DNA from: Candidatus Limnocylindrales bacterium
GTDB lineage: Bacteria; Moduliflexota; Moduliflexia; Moduliflexales; JAUQPW01
Assembly: GCA_035559535.1 (NCBI GenBank)
Contig: DATMBG010000058.1
Location: 62,001 to 126,000, forward strand
Reading direction: 5' to 3'
DNA: 64,000 nucleotides
Positions 1-10,446 of this stretch are shown here, piece by piece. The notes beneath the pieces are model-generated. The model ran no database searches and was not told the origin of the DNA. It was given only the letters and a program-made list of their open reading frames with translations. Numbering within the stretch: position 1 is the first letter of the stretch; each line of letters begins with the position of its first letter. A program made the translations under genes and the position numbers.

Positions 1-81
1 GGTGGCCAACGTTTCATCATCCGGGTGGGGTGCAAAAATCATAACCCGACACTTATCGGTAAGGTTTAAGGACATTATCAT
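1..81 (-). CDS. PIG-L/LmbE family deacetylase, N-terminal fragment (runs off window)
   Basis: Not in the ORF track. Reverse complement of 1-81 reads MIMSLNLTDKCRVMIFAPHPDDETLAT, with the HPDDE zinc motif of PIG-L/MshB deacetylases. Start could be 81 or 75. Confidence 0.8.
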   Translation of the reverse strand, partial: MIMSLNLTDKCRVMIFAPHPDDETLAT

Positions 82-273
82 AATAATAAAAACCCCGTTC
101 TACAATCTATATCCATCCAACTGCCATATCTGGAGATTGGGTAGAACCCTATACGCATCCAGCTAAGAAGGGGAAAAGCCTTAGTTTTGGTCTGGACGCC
201 TCCTGGCCCCCCTCAGGGGGGGATTTAGCAGGTTGCCTGCTAAATCCCCCCTTGGAGAGGGTTAGACATACAT

Positions 274-409
274 GCTAGAGTAAGAAGGTTAGCCCCAGCG
301 GGGGTGACCCGTTTAACTTGAAAAAAAATTCTGAATTTCTGAATCTCCCGACGCAAGTCGGGGGCTACCAACCGTTCGCCCCTGACGGGGCTTTTCAGCT
401 TATTCTGGC
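274..409. repeat. MITE/REP-like element, copy 1 (about 135-180 bp family)
   Basis: Shares TAAGAAGGTTAGCCCC...TGAAT...CCCGAC...GGGCTACC...GTTCGCCCCTGACGGGGCTTTTCAGCTTA with 29841-30022 and 31593-31747. Imperfect terminal inverted repeats. Confidence 0.8.
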
Positions 410-539
410 CCGCATAGGGGTTAGGAGGGGGTGTCGATCCCAGGTTTAATCCTTCACTTAATGCAGATGGGGTAGAATCCCTGATAGCCGGCAGCCAGAA
501 AGCAGGCATTCGGATAAACTACTCCATCCAACAGGCCTG

Positions 540-1709
540 TTACAGGGTTAGAAATTCCTTAATAGACTGGGTGATATAGAGAATTTCATCTTCCGTTAGC
601 TCCGGAAACATCGGCAGCGAGATAATCTCTTGAACCACACTTTCTGTTTTTGGTAAAGCAGGAGGTCGACCGGAAAAGGTCTTCATGACCGGTTGGAGGT
701 GACAGGGGATAGGGTAGTGGATACCGGTATGAATTCCCTTTTCTTGTAAGAATTGAATCAGTCGATCTCTTTGATTGGAATGTCCTGGAGAGGGAATTCG
801 AATGACATACAGATGATAAACCGCATAGGCCCAATCCTGTTCGGAGGGGAGAAGAAGGGCTTTCCGTGGGCTCAGGGTTGAATCTGAGTTTGTTGAAGAA
901 TTAACTTCTTCCATCCCTTCCAGTACCTCCTTCAAACACTTTGAATAAAAGTCTGCCAGGACTCTTCGTCTTTGGTTAAACCCCTCCAGTTTTTGAAGTT
1001 GTAATCTGCCGACCGCAGCCTGTATCTCATTAAATCGGAGGTTATGGCCCAGAATTTCATGCCGATACTTTCCCACAAGCCCATGGTTCCGGAGCAATCG
1101 GATCTTCTCTGCAAGCTCCGGGTCGGAGGTAGTTACCATACCCCCATCTCCGTAAACTGTCATATTTTTAGATGGATAGAATGAAAAACATCCTGCTTTT
1201 CCCCAGGATCCAACCTTTTTTCCTTTATAGGTAGCACCGTGTGCCTGGCAGCAGTCTTCCAGGACAAACAGATGATATTTTTCGGCCACCCTTTGAATAG
1301 GATCCAGATGGGCCGGGTGTCCATACAGGTGAACCGGGATGATTCCTACCGTACGGGGCGTTATTTTCTCCTCGAGGAGGGAGGGATTTAGAGTATAAGT
1401 TTCGTCAATATCGACAAAGATAGGGGTTGCACCCAGAAGAAGGATAGGCTCTACAGTAGGAAAAGCAGTATGAGAGGGGACAATTACTTCATCCCCTGCT
1501 TTAACCCCTAAGGCTTGTAAAGTCAGAAGAATTGCAGCCGTACCCGAAGAGGTCACAATAGCCTCGGAAGTCCCTATAAATTCGGCAAATTCCTTTTCGA
1601 ATAACTGGCATTGTTCCCCTAAGATATACCAGCCCTGTTCGGCGATCTCCAGGATTTTCTGCTTGATTTCCGCATCGATATAAGCTTTAGATAAGGGAAT
1701 TGTTCGCAT
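540..1709 (-). CDS. DegT/DnrJ/EryC1/StrS family PLP-dependent sugar aminotransferase
   Basis: Motifs SSGTAA, IIPVHLYG, EDCCQAHGA, FSFYPSKNM (PLP lysine), GDGG, IHYPIP, SLPMFPEL. Confidence 0.93.
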   Translation of the reverse strand: MRTIPLSKAYIDAEIKQKILEIAEQGWYILGEQCQLFEKEFAEFIGTSEAIVTSSGTAAILLTLQALGVKAGDEVIVPSHTAFPTVEPILLLGATPIFVDIDETYTLNPSLLEEKITPRTVGIIPVHLYGHPAHLDPIQRVAEKYHLFVLEDCCQAHGATYKGKKVGSWGKAGCFSFYPSKNMTVYGDGGMVTTSDPELAEKIRLLRNHGLVGKYRHEILGHNLRFNEIQAAVGRLQLQKLEGFNQRRRVLADFYSKCLKEVLEGMEEVNSSTNSDSTLSPRKALLLPSEQDWAYAVYHLYVIRIPSPGHSNQRDRLIQFLQEKGIHTGIHYPIPCHLQPVMKTFSGRPPALPKTESVVQEIISLPMFPELTEDEILYITQSIKEFLTL

Positions 1710-1819
1710 GTTACTCTTCTTAACTCTTTCCAGGCGAACATATTAAATTATCTATCTTATCGAAAAAAGATAACCTCATAAATCCTTGACTGCAAGCAGC
1801 ACCTTTAGTAACTGTTCTG

Positions 1820-1926
1820 CCCTTACCCCCAACCCTCTCCCCCAAGGCTCCGGGAGAGGGGGAATGGACCCGGAGATCCACCTGTTTCCCCTCTTCCACA
1901 CCGGAGGAGAGGGGCTGGGGGTGGGA
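1820..1926. repeat. CCCTCTCCC...GGGAGAGGG-type palindromic intergenic repeat
   Basis: CCCTTACCCCCAACCCTCTCCC...GGGAGAGGG...GAGGGGCTGGGGGTG. Similar elements at ~21550-21720, ~27870-28073, ~30023-30052 and ~31480-31585. Confidence 0.7.
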
Positions 1927-1943
1927 GCCAGAACCCAGAAAAA

Positions 1944-4900
1944 TCACCTCCCTCCAAAACCCGATACCGGAACATCTCCACTCTGTCCCCACACTAACAC
2001 CAGTAACACCCTCCTATAACCCCCAACCGAACTCAAGATCCACCACTCCCCACTCCCCGGCCGGTATATCCCAAGATCTACCTTTCCATCTCCATCATAA
2101 TCCCCGGGTACTGGGATATCCCCTTCTATCCCCCATACCCGCTCCACCACCCTTCCTCCTGCCCCCCTTATCTGCCATCTCCCACTGCTAGAACTCCATA
2201 CTGCTAGATCCACTCTCCCATCTCCATCATAATCCCCTACCACAGGGATATCTCCTACTCCTCCAAACCCCTGAACCTGCATAGGTCCCTGGCTGGAAGT
2301 CAATATCCACCACTCCCCACTCCCAGGTCGAAACACTCCAAGATCCATCCTGCCATCTCCATCATAATCTCCTGGCACCGGAATATCCCCCCCCTGCCCC
2401 CACTTCAACATCATCTCCCCTCCTCCTGATAGACTTATCCACCACTCCCCACTAACCCCCCTCCAGAGTCCATAATCCGCCCTTTGATCTCCATTGTAAT
2501 CTCCTGGCACCGGTAAGTCCCCTGCCTGTCCCCAGCTATGCACATACTCCATTCCTCCCAACAAACTTAACATTACATGCCACTGCCCCGTAGCGGGTCG
2601 ATAAAAGGCTAAATCACTGATTCCATCTCCATCATAATCCCCAGGGGTGGGAATATCCCCTTGAACTCCAAACGCTATGACGTTGGAAGCTCCTAAAATG
2701 TACCATTGACCCGTATCCGCTCTCCACACTGCTAGATCGGTTCGACCATCTCCATCATAGTCGGCCGAATCTCCTCGGGGGGCTATCAGTCTGGGAGAGA
2801 AGATCCCCACATAGGGGGTGTCGGTGGTGACGATGATGGTGTGGGTGAGGGCTCCCCCATCACTCCAACCAATCCCCACATACTCAAATCCTAAGGCATC
2901 CCTTTGGGGGGAGGGGAGACTCAGGGTGTGGGAGGAACCCAAAGGCCAGGTAAAGCTCTGGGAGGTGATGTAGGGTTGTCCATCTACGATGAAGGTAAGG
3001 CCAGGAAGGTTGGTCTGGAGGGTGATAGTTAGAAGCGTGGGAGGGGTAGCCGGGGTGGTAAAGGTCTGGTCAACTCCCAGGGAAGTACCTCCACTGTTTT
3101 GAGCTACCAGTCGGAAGTGATAGGTGGTGTTGGGAAGAAGGTTACTCAAGGATTCACTGAGGGAAACCAAAGTGGTGCCATTTCCCAGGGATTGGGGAGG
3201 GGTTTGGTTGTCATAGGCCGAGGTGGTTCCCCATTCAAACCAGGCGGTGGTAAGTGAGCCGTTGGGATTGACCGATCCGTTCAAGACAACGGTGGTCTGG
3301 GTAATCGATGAAGCTGACCCGGTCAGGGCTATAGAAGCTGCTTGCTCTATGACAAATACTCCCCCTCCATCAGTTCCGGCATAGAGGATATTGGGATTGA
3401 CCGGGTCTAGGGCCAGGGCATTGACTAAGGTGTTGGTCAGGCCGGTGTTGATGGCGGTCCAGCTTGTTCCTCCATCGGTGCTTTTAAATACCCCATCTCC
3501 AGAAGTTCCTGCATAGACGATGTTGGGATTGGTCGGGTTTATGGTCAGGGAAAGGATATAAGAATTGGTCAGGCCGGTGTTGATGGGAGTCCAGCTACTC
3601 CCACCATTGGTGCTTTTAAATACCCCACCTCCATTAGTTCCTGCATAGAGGATATTGGGATTGACAGGGTCTATGACCAGAGCATAGATAAAGGAGTTGG
3701 TCAGGCCGGTGTTGATGGGAGTCCAACTCCCCCCTTCATTGGTACTCTTAAATACTCCTCCCCCATCAGTTCCTGTATAGAGGGTGGTGGGAGTGAGGGG
3801 ATCTATAGCCAAGGTAAGGATTCTGAGATCGGTCAGGCCGGTGTTGATGGCGGTCCAGCTTGTTCCTCCATCGGTGCTTTTAAGTACCCCACTCTTATAT
3901 ATTCCTGCATAAAGGGTATCAGGAGTTTCAGGGTTTATCGCCAGGGCATAAACGGATTTGGTGTTCGAGGTGATCCCGCTGTTACTGGCCATCCAGTTGC
4001 CCCCTCCATCTGTACTTTTAAATACACCATCTACAAGTATTCCTGCATAGAGGGTATCAGGAGTTCCGGGGTTTATCGCCAGGGTATTAACTCTTTGACC
4101 GGTTAAGTTGGTGCTGCTGTCGGTCCAGTTACTCCCCCCATTTGTGCTTTTAAATACTTTTCCTCCACTGGTCCCTGCATAGAGGGTGGTAGAAGTGATA
4201 GGGTTTATAGCCAGAGCAGGGATAGAAGTATTGGTCAGGCCGGTGTTGATGGCGGTCCAGCTTGTTCCTCCATCGGTGCTTTTATAGACTCCTTTCCCAT
4301 TAGTCCCGGCATAAAGAGTGGTGGAAGTTCCAGAGTCTATCACCAGGGTAAAGACACTGATGTTGCTTAAGCTGGTAGAATTCCAACCACTCCCTCCATT
4401 AGTGCTCTTATAGACTCCCTTATCAGTCCCTGCATAGAGGATATTGGGATTGACCGGGTCTATAGCTAAGGCAAAGACTTTGTTACCTATTAGACTGCTA
4501 CTACTCCAGTTAGTTCCTCCATTTGTACTCTTTACCACTCCACCTCCATTAGTCCCTGCATAGAGGGTGGTGGAACTGTTCGGGTTTATGACCAGGGAAC
4601 GGATAGAGGCATTAGGTATACCGTTGTTGCTGGCAAACCAATCACTCCCCCCGTTAGTACTCTTAAATACCCCACTTCCAGCAGTACCTACATAGAGGGT
4701 GGTGGAACTGTTCGGGTCTATGACCAGGACATGGATAAAGGAATTGGACAAGTTGGTACTACTGGAAGTCCAATTAGTCCCTCCAGTGGTGCTCTTATAG
4801 ACCCCATCTCCATAGGTTCCTGCATAAAGGGTGTTGGAGTCGTTTGGGTCTATAGCCAGGGAATTGACTATGGCAGTGGTCAGGCTGGTGACACTCCAAC

Positions 4901-5294
4901 TTCCCCCACCATCTGTGCTCTTATAGACTCCCGTATCAGTCCCTGCATAGAGAGTATTGGGATCGGCCGGGTCTATAACCAAGGCATTGACCGTGATGTT
5001 ATTTAGGCCGTTGTTGCTGACAGTCCAGTTAATCCCTCCGTCGGTGCTCTTATAGACCCCACCTCCAAATGTTCCTGCATAGACGATGTTGGGATTGTCC
5101 GGGTCTATGGCTAAAGAAAAAATGATCCCACCCTCAGGCCCAATACTGGTCCAATTGTTCACCCCGGCCAGGGCGACCCCTGTCATTCCCATGAACCCTA
5201 AGATTCCTATCACAACCCCTGCCCAAATCCTCAAACTCCTCCCACAGACAAAAAAGGTTTCTCCTAGTGTCAATTTTTGTCCCTGTCTCTTCAT
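1944..5294 (-). CDS. Large secreted protein: BNR/Asp-box (VPS10-like) beta-propeller repeats, FN3-like domain, C-terminal FG-GAP/VCBS repeats
   Basis: About 14 repeats of LAIDPxxxxxLYAGT..GVYKSTDGG.SW, then an FN3-like segment (LNGSVNPNG..TAWFEWG..NTTYHFRLVAQN), then about 6 PVPGDYDGDG.DL repeats. Hydrophobic N-terminus ends in ALA. Start placed at ATG 5294, which follows AAGGAG; the ORF extends to 5381. Confidence 0.85.
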   Translation of the reverse strand: MKRQGQKLTLGETFFVCGRSLRIWAGVVIGILGFMGMTGVALAGVNNWTSIGPEGGIIFSLAIDPDNPNIVYAGTFGGGVYKSTDGGINWTVSNNGLNNITVNALVIDPADPNTLYAGTDTGVYKSTDGGGSWSVTSLTTAIVNSLAIDPNDSNTLYAGTYGDGVYKSTTGGTNWTSSSTNLSNSFIHVLVIDPNSSTTLYVGTAGSGVFKSTNGGSDWFASNNGIPNASIRSLVINPNSSTTLYAGTNGGGVVKSTNGGTNWSSSSLIGNKVFALAIDPVNPNILYAGTDKGVYKSTNGGSGWNSTSLSNISVFTLVIDSGTSTTLYAGTNGKGVYKSTDGGTSWTAINTGLTNTSIPALAINPITSTTLYAGTSGGKVFKSTNGGSNWTDSSTNLTGQRVNTLAINPGTPDTLYAGILVDGVFKSTDGGGNWMASNSGITSNTKSVYALAINPETPDTLYAGIYKSGVLKSTDGGTSWTAINTGLTDLRILTLAIDPLTPTTLYTGTDGGGVFKSTNEGGSWTPINTGLTNSFIYALVIDPVNPNILYAGTNGGGVFKSTNGGSSWTPINTGLTNSYILSLTINPTNPNIVYAGTSGDGVFKSTDGGTSWTAINTGLTNTLVNALALDPVNPNILYAGTDGGGVFVIEQAASIALTGSASSITQTTVVLNGSVNPNGSLTTAWFEWGTTSAYDNQTPPQSLGNGTTLVSLSESLSNLLPNTTYHFRLVAQNSGGTSLGVDQTFTTPATPPTLLTITLQTNLPGLTFIVDGQPYITSQSFTWPLGSSHTLSLPSPQRDALGFEYVGIGWSDGGALTHTIIVTTDTPYVGIFSPRLIAPRGDSADYDGDGRTDLAVWRADTGQWYILGASNVIAFGVQGDIPTPGDYDGDGISDLAFYRPATGQWHVMLSLLGGMEYVHSWGQAGDLPVPGDYNGDQRADYGLWRGVSGEWWISLSGGGEMMLKWGQGGDIPVPGDYDGDGRMDLGVFRPGSGEWWILTSSQGPMQVQGFGGVGDIPVVGDYDGDGRVDLAVWSSSSGRWQIRGAGGRVVERVWGIEGDIPVPGDYDGDGKVDLGIYRPGSGEWWILSSVGGYRRVLLVLVWGQSGDVPVSGFGGR

Positions 5295-5440
5295 CTCCGT
5301 CTCCTTGGTTTCTCTCAGGCCTGCAAGCGTCCTAACTCCCTCGATACCCCAGACCTGATTTACAAAAAATAGAGCAACCACAGGGGGCTGCCCATTCTTT
5401 ATGAACCTAAGGCATGAACCCCTTGCAAAAAAGAGGGATC

Positions 5441-5468
5441 GTAGAGGCGCACGGTCGTATACCCCTAT
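5441..5468 (+). repeat. GTAG-type REP-like palindrome
   Basis: GTAGAGGCGCACGGTCGTATACCCCTAT. Related units at ~5371-5393, 30104-30121, 34428-34454 and 38954-38981. Confidence 0.55.
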
Positions 5469-5968
5469 GGAGTCTTTGAATCAGCGTATTGTAGTAACCC
5501 AACCCCATTTCCCATCTGTTGGTTTAATGCCTGGTGAGGACGTAAGGTTGTACGTTCCTACCTGAGATGGGTGATAGGCGTATGTCGGTGCCTGGACTTC
5601 CTGACCCTGGGTTTGGTTTTGGGATAATCTTTTTTTGAACAAGGTTTTGCGGTTTAAGGGAGTAAGCAAGAGATATGCCAGGTGGGGGTAATACCCCATC
5701 TTATAGAAATGTTACCTCATGGACAGCCCTGGTAGTTGACCTGGCGGCTCCTGTGGTCCTATTTAAGGTTTCATCCAAGTCGTCCTCTCTACACCTTAGG
5801 CAGTATCTCTATGGTGAAGGAATATAAATTCTCCTACCATCCCATTCTCTTCTATGATTATTCTTGACAATTCCGTTATTTTTTGTAGCCTTATCAAAAT
5901 AGTAATCCTATACTGCAACAGGTAGGTTATAAAAAGTTAGAATAATTAACCCTTCAGAAGGAAAAAAG

Positions 5969-6610
5969 ATGAAACCAAGTGCCCTGCGAATCAAAGTTTA
6001 CGTATTGGGAATTTTACTTTTGATAGGTATGATCATGATTTTTGACGCCGACATCCAAAAGACCCTGCAGGATCATCGCTCTACCACAACAGATGGACTG
6101 TCCAAAATGGTGAAACCCTTGGGAGATGGAAGAATTGTGGTACCTGTGTTCATCGGTGTGTCGATAGCAGGGGGAGTTTTGCAGGTTCCTTCTCTGGTAA
6201 ATTTGGGATTAACGACCTTAGGAGCCTTATCCTTGGATGGTATTCTTACAGGAACCCTTCAAGCCGCTCTTGGAAGACAGCGTCCTTTTAAGGGAAAAGG
6301 ACCCAATAGTTATGATCCCTTTAGTGAAGGAGGCTCATTTCCCTCCGGTCATACTTCGGTCGTTTTTAATGTAGCTACGATTCTTTCTACCCAGTATAAA
6401 AGTTACGGCATTATTCCTGTCCTTTCATATTCTTTGGCCGGTCTGGTAGGTTTTTCCAGAATTAACGATAACAAGCATTTTGCCTCAGATGTTTTGGCAG
6501 GGGCCCTCGTCGGTATCGTCACAGCCCAATTAGCCCTGCGAATAAGAAAAAATATCAAACAAATCCTGGGTAAAATAAAAGCTTTCTATCGGGCATTTTC
6601 GCCTGAGTAG
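5969..6610 (+). CDS. PAP2 family membrane phosphatase
   Basis: Motifs GRQRP, SFPSGH and SRINDNKHFASDV, with hydrophobic helices. Confidence 0.9.
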   Translation: MKPSALRIKVYVLGILLLIGMIMIFDADIQKTLQDHRSTTTDGLSKMVKPLGDGRIVVPVFIGVSIAGGVLQVPSLVNLGLTTLGALSLDGILTGTLQAALGRQRPFKGKGPNSYDPFSEGGSFPSGHTSVVFNVATILSTQYKSYGIIPVLSYSLAGLVGFSRINDNKHFASDVLAGALVGIVTAQLALRIRKNIKQILGKIKAFYRAFSPE

Positions 6611-6650
6611 TTCTCTCTGCCGGAGCACACCGGAGCACATTTAAAGCTTT

Positions 6651-7913
6651 CTAGCTTTCTTCTGGAGGTTTTAAGTTACGAAAATTGTGATAAAGGGTCA
6701 GATCATAAATGATTTTGAGACTACCGGCCAGGAAAAAAGGCAAATTCAACCATGAAGCACCGAGTAAAGCTCCTGTGATCACCGGTCCAATTGAGCTGGC
6801 GGCAGTTCTGGCTATACTGGTTACTCCTGCAGCAGCCGATCGTTCGTCGGGATCCACTACTGCCATGGTATAGGACTGACGCGTAGGTACGTCCATCTGT
6901 GAGATACTAAAGCGTAATAGCAAAACAATGATAGCCGAAGTCAAATCGGGCATCAGGGGTACCAGAATCAGTAGAATATTGGAGGGGATATGGGTAAATA
7001 CCATGGTATTAATCAATCCAAAACGAGAGGCTATGCGGGCAGCTACCAAGGCGGATAGTCCGGCAAAGATATTGGCACCAAAAAAAATACTTCCCAGGAT
7101 AGCCGGTTCAACGCCGAAACGGATATGAAACCAATAGGCAATGAGGCTCTGTACGACCAAACTACCTGCAAAGGAATCCAGCATAAAGAGAAGAGATAAT
7201 TTTAGGACTACCTTGCGGGACCGATGTAAACCGAAGTGATAGGCTGTTGCTTTCTCCCCCGAACCTTGAAGTTGCGTTTGTTCTACCTCAACACCCGGCG
7301 ATAATTTGGCGAATAATAACCCCAGGGCTATGCCCAGCAAGGCATAACCCATCACAACGGCTCGATAACTGTTGAGGGGGGTAGTACCCCGGTGTTGTAG
7401 AATCTCTACTAACAGGCCTGCATTGAAGGAACCCAGGGCCGTTGCGAAGGAACCGATCAAATTATACCAGGCGAAGATCTGGGTGCGATACTTGTTGGGT
7501 ACTGTTTGTGGAAGGGCTGCCTGTTCAATGGATAAAAAAGGCCCCACTTCACTCCCGCTGGGACTGATTGTTCCGATGATGGCTGCCAGGGTTAACAGAA
7601 TCATATTCCTGGTTAATGCGAAGACCAAACCCGCAAAGATCATTAAACCTGCGCCCAGAATGAGCATGCGTCTTCGTCCAATACGATCTGCCACCGCCGC
7701 CATCCAGAGAGAAATGATGGCATCCCCGACCAGGGTAAGGGTCAAGAGTAAACCAATTTGTTGGTCGGTTAAACCCAGTTGGGTCAGATAAAGGGCCAAT
7801 ATGACAGATAGGAACCCATAAGCAAATAATCGTACGGTGCGGGTACCAAACAGCAAACGGCCATCGGTCGTAAGTGCCTTTAAACTTTGGAATTCGATGA
7901 GGTTCTGAAACAT
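6651..7913 (-). CDS. MFS transporter
   Basis: About 12 hydrophobic helices; MFS motif A (ADRIGRRRML). Confidence 0.9.
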   Translation of the reverse strand: MFQNLIEFQSLKALTTDGRLLFGTRTVRLFAYGFLSVILALYLTQLGLTDQQIGLLLTLTLVGDAIISLWMAAVADRIGRRRMLILGAGLMIFAGLVFALTRNMILLTLAAIIGTISPSGSEVGPFLSIEQAALPQTVPNKYRTQIFAWYNLIGSFATALGSFNAGLLVEILQHRGTTPLNSYRAVVMGYALLGIALGLLFAKLSPGVEVEQTQLQGSGEKATAYHFGLHRSRKVVLKLSLLFMLDSFAGSLVVQSLIAYWFHIRFGVEPAILGSIFFGANIFAGLSALVAARIASRFGLINTMVFTHIPSNILLILVPLMPDLTSAIIVLLLRFSISQMDVPTRQSYTMAVVDPDERSAAAGVTSIARTAASSIGPVITGALLGASWLNLPFFLAGSLKIIYDLTLYHNFRNLKPPEES

Positions 7914-8091
7914 ACGAAAATTCCCTTTTAAATCCGGTACTGTTAAGATAACATAAGGAGTATAGCTTATCCATATACGATGGTTTTTCTTCCCTTATTT
8001 AAAATAAACTTTAAATTCGGTAAATGAATCCCCCCGGGGGGATAATTTCCAGAGCTAGAGTTAAGGCTCGTAGAGAGTATCTCTTTGAGGT

Positions 8092-10326
8092 ATGCATTTA
8101 ATTCGCCGTGTGCTTAAAAAATTCCGGGAAAGTTTAGGAATCCGGATCAGATTTTTCTTCCTACTGGTAGGGTTATTTCCCCTTATGCTGGTTTTGGTAA
8201 CCTTTTTGTCTATCGCAGAGAAAGCCTTAAAAGAGGCAACTTACAGCAATTTGCAAGCCCTGGCAGAAAACAAAGCCAAGGAAATTACTCCCCTCATTTC
8301 TCGTGCCCAGGCAGGTATCCGGGTTTTATCCAATAGCCTGGTCCTTGCGTCTCTTACGGCGAGTCAGCCGGAGAAAATTGAGGAAATGTACCGTATACAA
8401 AGATCTTATAAGCTCTATAAACAGATTGCCCTGGCTAATACAGAGGGACTGGTGGTTGCATCCACAGGATCCAACCGCATAGAAAGTTGGTCCAATCAAG
8501 ACTGGTTTCGTGAAGTCAGGAGTCGAAAAATTCCGGCCTCAGGCCTTTATTTTTTTAATCCTTCTCAAGCAACCCTTGTTTTTGCAGCTCCGGTTTTGGA
8601 TTCAGGAGGGGGAGTGTTATATGTTGTGGCAGGTTATGTAGGACTGGAACAGATATGGGAAATAACAGATAAGTTCAAGGTCGGAAAATTCGGTTATATG
8701 ACCTTAGTCGACCCTATGGGGAGAGTGCTGGCCCATCCCAATAAAGAGATGATTTTGAAACTTTTTAATTCTCAGAAACTTGTAGCAAAAATATTGCAAG
8801 GCGATATTTCATCCGGTTCTTATACCCTTTCGGATGGGACCGAAATCATAGCGGCTCATACGCTTTTACCCGCTGAAGCAGATTATTTCCCACCCAAGTG
8901 GTATATGATAGCTGTTGAGCCTGAAAGCGAAGCTTTAGCTCCGGTAGAAGCGGTGCAGCGCTGGATCTGGATCACACTAGGGGTAGGATGTGCACTGGCT
9001 GTAATTTTGGGTGAGAAAGCGGCTCAAAGTATCCTGGAACCCCTTAAAATCCTGATCGCAGGTGCCCAAAAAATGGCCAGGGGAAACGTAAGAAGCCGGA
9101 TAAAAATAAAATCTCAAGATGAATTGGGAGTCTTAGGACAAACTCTTAATCAAATAGCTGAAACTCTAGAAGAGCAGATTCAGGTTCTGCGACGACCTAC
9201 CGATACCAGAACTTTAGAATTAGAGATAAAAGCGGTGGATCGAGCTCAGAAATTGGCAACGGTCAGCAATATTTCTCAGCTTATCAGCTCCACCCTAAAT
9301 ATGGAAGAAGTTCTCCAACTGGCCGTAGCTATCGTAGGCCGTTCCCTCAACGCCAGCCAGTGTTCCCTGTTATTGATCGAAAAGGATGGTCTACACCTTC
9401 GCTCCAAATATCAATATCATTCAAACTCTTCCCAAACCGAACTCATTGACGTTCGCATTTCTCTGGATCGCTATCCAGAACTTAAAAAAGCAATCAGAAC
9501 TCAAAGACCTGTGGTAGTTAATGACGTGCAGATGGATCCACTTATGTACGAATTACGTGATACCTTAACCCGCTTAGGTATACGATCTATTCTCGTTTTA
9601 CCCCTGATGATCGAGGGAAAACTCCTGGGATTACTGGTTCTGCGTTGGCGGGAGAAAGCCACACTCCTTAAATTAGAAGAAATTCGACTGGGAGAAATCA
9701 TAGCCAGCCAGATCTCTATAACCCTCAAAAATGCCGAGTTGTTTGCCGAAGAGCGTAGACTGGAACAGATGAAAAATGAATTTGCAAGGATTGGAATTCG
9801 TAATATCTTAGAAATTTATAAAATGGAGGAGGGGACTTTAAAATTACAAGAAAAAACAATCCCTTTGGGTTGGCTTATAGAAACTGCTGTTAAACAATTT
9901 GAGATACTGGCCAGGCAAGAGTCCATCGATTTGATCATGGAAAGTCCAGAAAATTCTGTTTCGATTCAGGTAGATGATCAGCTTTTCCTACAGGTTCTGA
10001 TCAATATTCTTCACAATGGGATCAAGTATACTCCCCGGGGTGGAAAGATTACGTTAGGAGTTGAAAAACAAGAAGAAGGTGAGGTCTGTATTAAAATTCA
10101 GGATACAGGGATAGGAATACCCAAGGAGTATTTGAGCAGAATTTTTGATAAATTTGTCCAGGTAGAAAGTCAGAAGAAGGAAGGGGACGTCTCGATAGGT
10201 CTTGGGCTTTATTTTTGTAAATTAACTATGGAAGCTCATGGAGGCCGGATATGGGCAGAAAGTCAAGAAGGAAAGGGGAGTATCTTTTACCTGACAATCC
10301 CTCCGGATCGTGTCATGGAAGGATAA
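8092..10326 (+). CDS. Sensor kinase-like protein (TM-dCache-TM-HAMP-GAF-HATPase) lacking the HisKA phospho-acceptor segment
   Basis: Cache motif (GYMTLVDPMGRVLAHP), HAMP (EPLKIL..SQDELGVL), GAF and N/G1/F/G2 boxes present. Versus its paralog at 17578, 47 aa including HDLKTPL are missing. Confidence 0.85.
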   Translation: MHLIRRVLKKFRESLGIRIRFFFLLVGLFPLMLVLVTFLSIAEKALKEATYSNLQALAENKAKEITPLISRAQAGIRVLSNSLVLASLTASQPEKIEEMYRIQRSYKLYKQIALANTEGLVVASTGSNRIESWSNQDWFREVRSRKIPASGLYFFNPSQATLVFAAPVLDSGGGVLYVVAGYVGLEQIWEITDKFKVGKFGYMTLVDPMGRVLAHPNKEMILKLFNSQKLVAKILQGDISSGSYTLSDGTEIIAAHTLLPAEADYFPPKWYMIAVEPESEALAPVEAVQRWIWITLGVGCALAVILGEKAAQSILEPLKILIAGAQKMARGNVRSRIKIKSQDELGVLGQTLNQIAETLEEQIQVLRRPTDTRTLELEIKAVDRAQKLATVSNISQLISSTLNMEEVLQLAVAIVGRSLNASQCSLLLIEKDGLHLRSKYQYHSNSSQTELIDVRISLDRYPELKKAIRTQRPVVVNDVQMDPLMYELRDTLTRLGIRSILVLPLMIEGKLLGLLVLRWREKATLLKLEEIRLGEIIASQISITLKNAELFAEERRLEQMKNEFARIGIRNILEIYKMEEGTLKLQEKTIPLGWLIETAVKQFEILARQESIDLIMESPENSVSIQVDDQLFLQVLINILHNGIKYTPRGGKITLGVEKQEEGEVCIKIQDTGIGIPKEYLSRIFDKFVQVESQKKEGDVSIGLGLYFCKLTMEAHGGRIWAESQEGKGSIFYLTIPPDRVMEG

Positions 10327-10446
10327 GTTTTTGAGCTGTTTCACCCAACGGATAGGAAGGACACAAAGAAAAGGTTCTCAGGGGTGTTACCTCAATCTAA
10401 CTTTGAGGTCCTGGTGTTCTGCGTATCTTTGGGTATGTTTCCGGCT

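Noticed and set aside
240-509. Short ORFs over intergenic repeats (240-509, 1720-1992, 1786-2019, 11721-11921, 27712-27906, 29968-30270, 31434-31637)
   Set aside because: They translate palindromic or tandem repeat DNA and show no protein family motifs.
3350-5150. CRISPR array suggested by regularly spaced near-identical repeats
   Set aside because: The repeats are in frame within an intact ORF and match protein blade repeats (~132 bp period); no cas genes.
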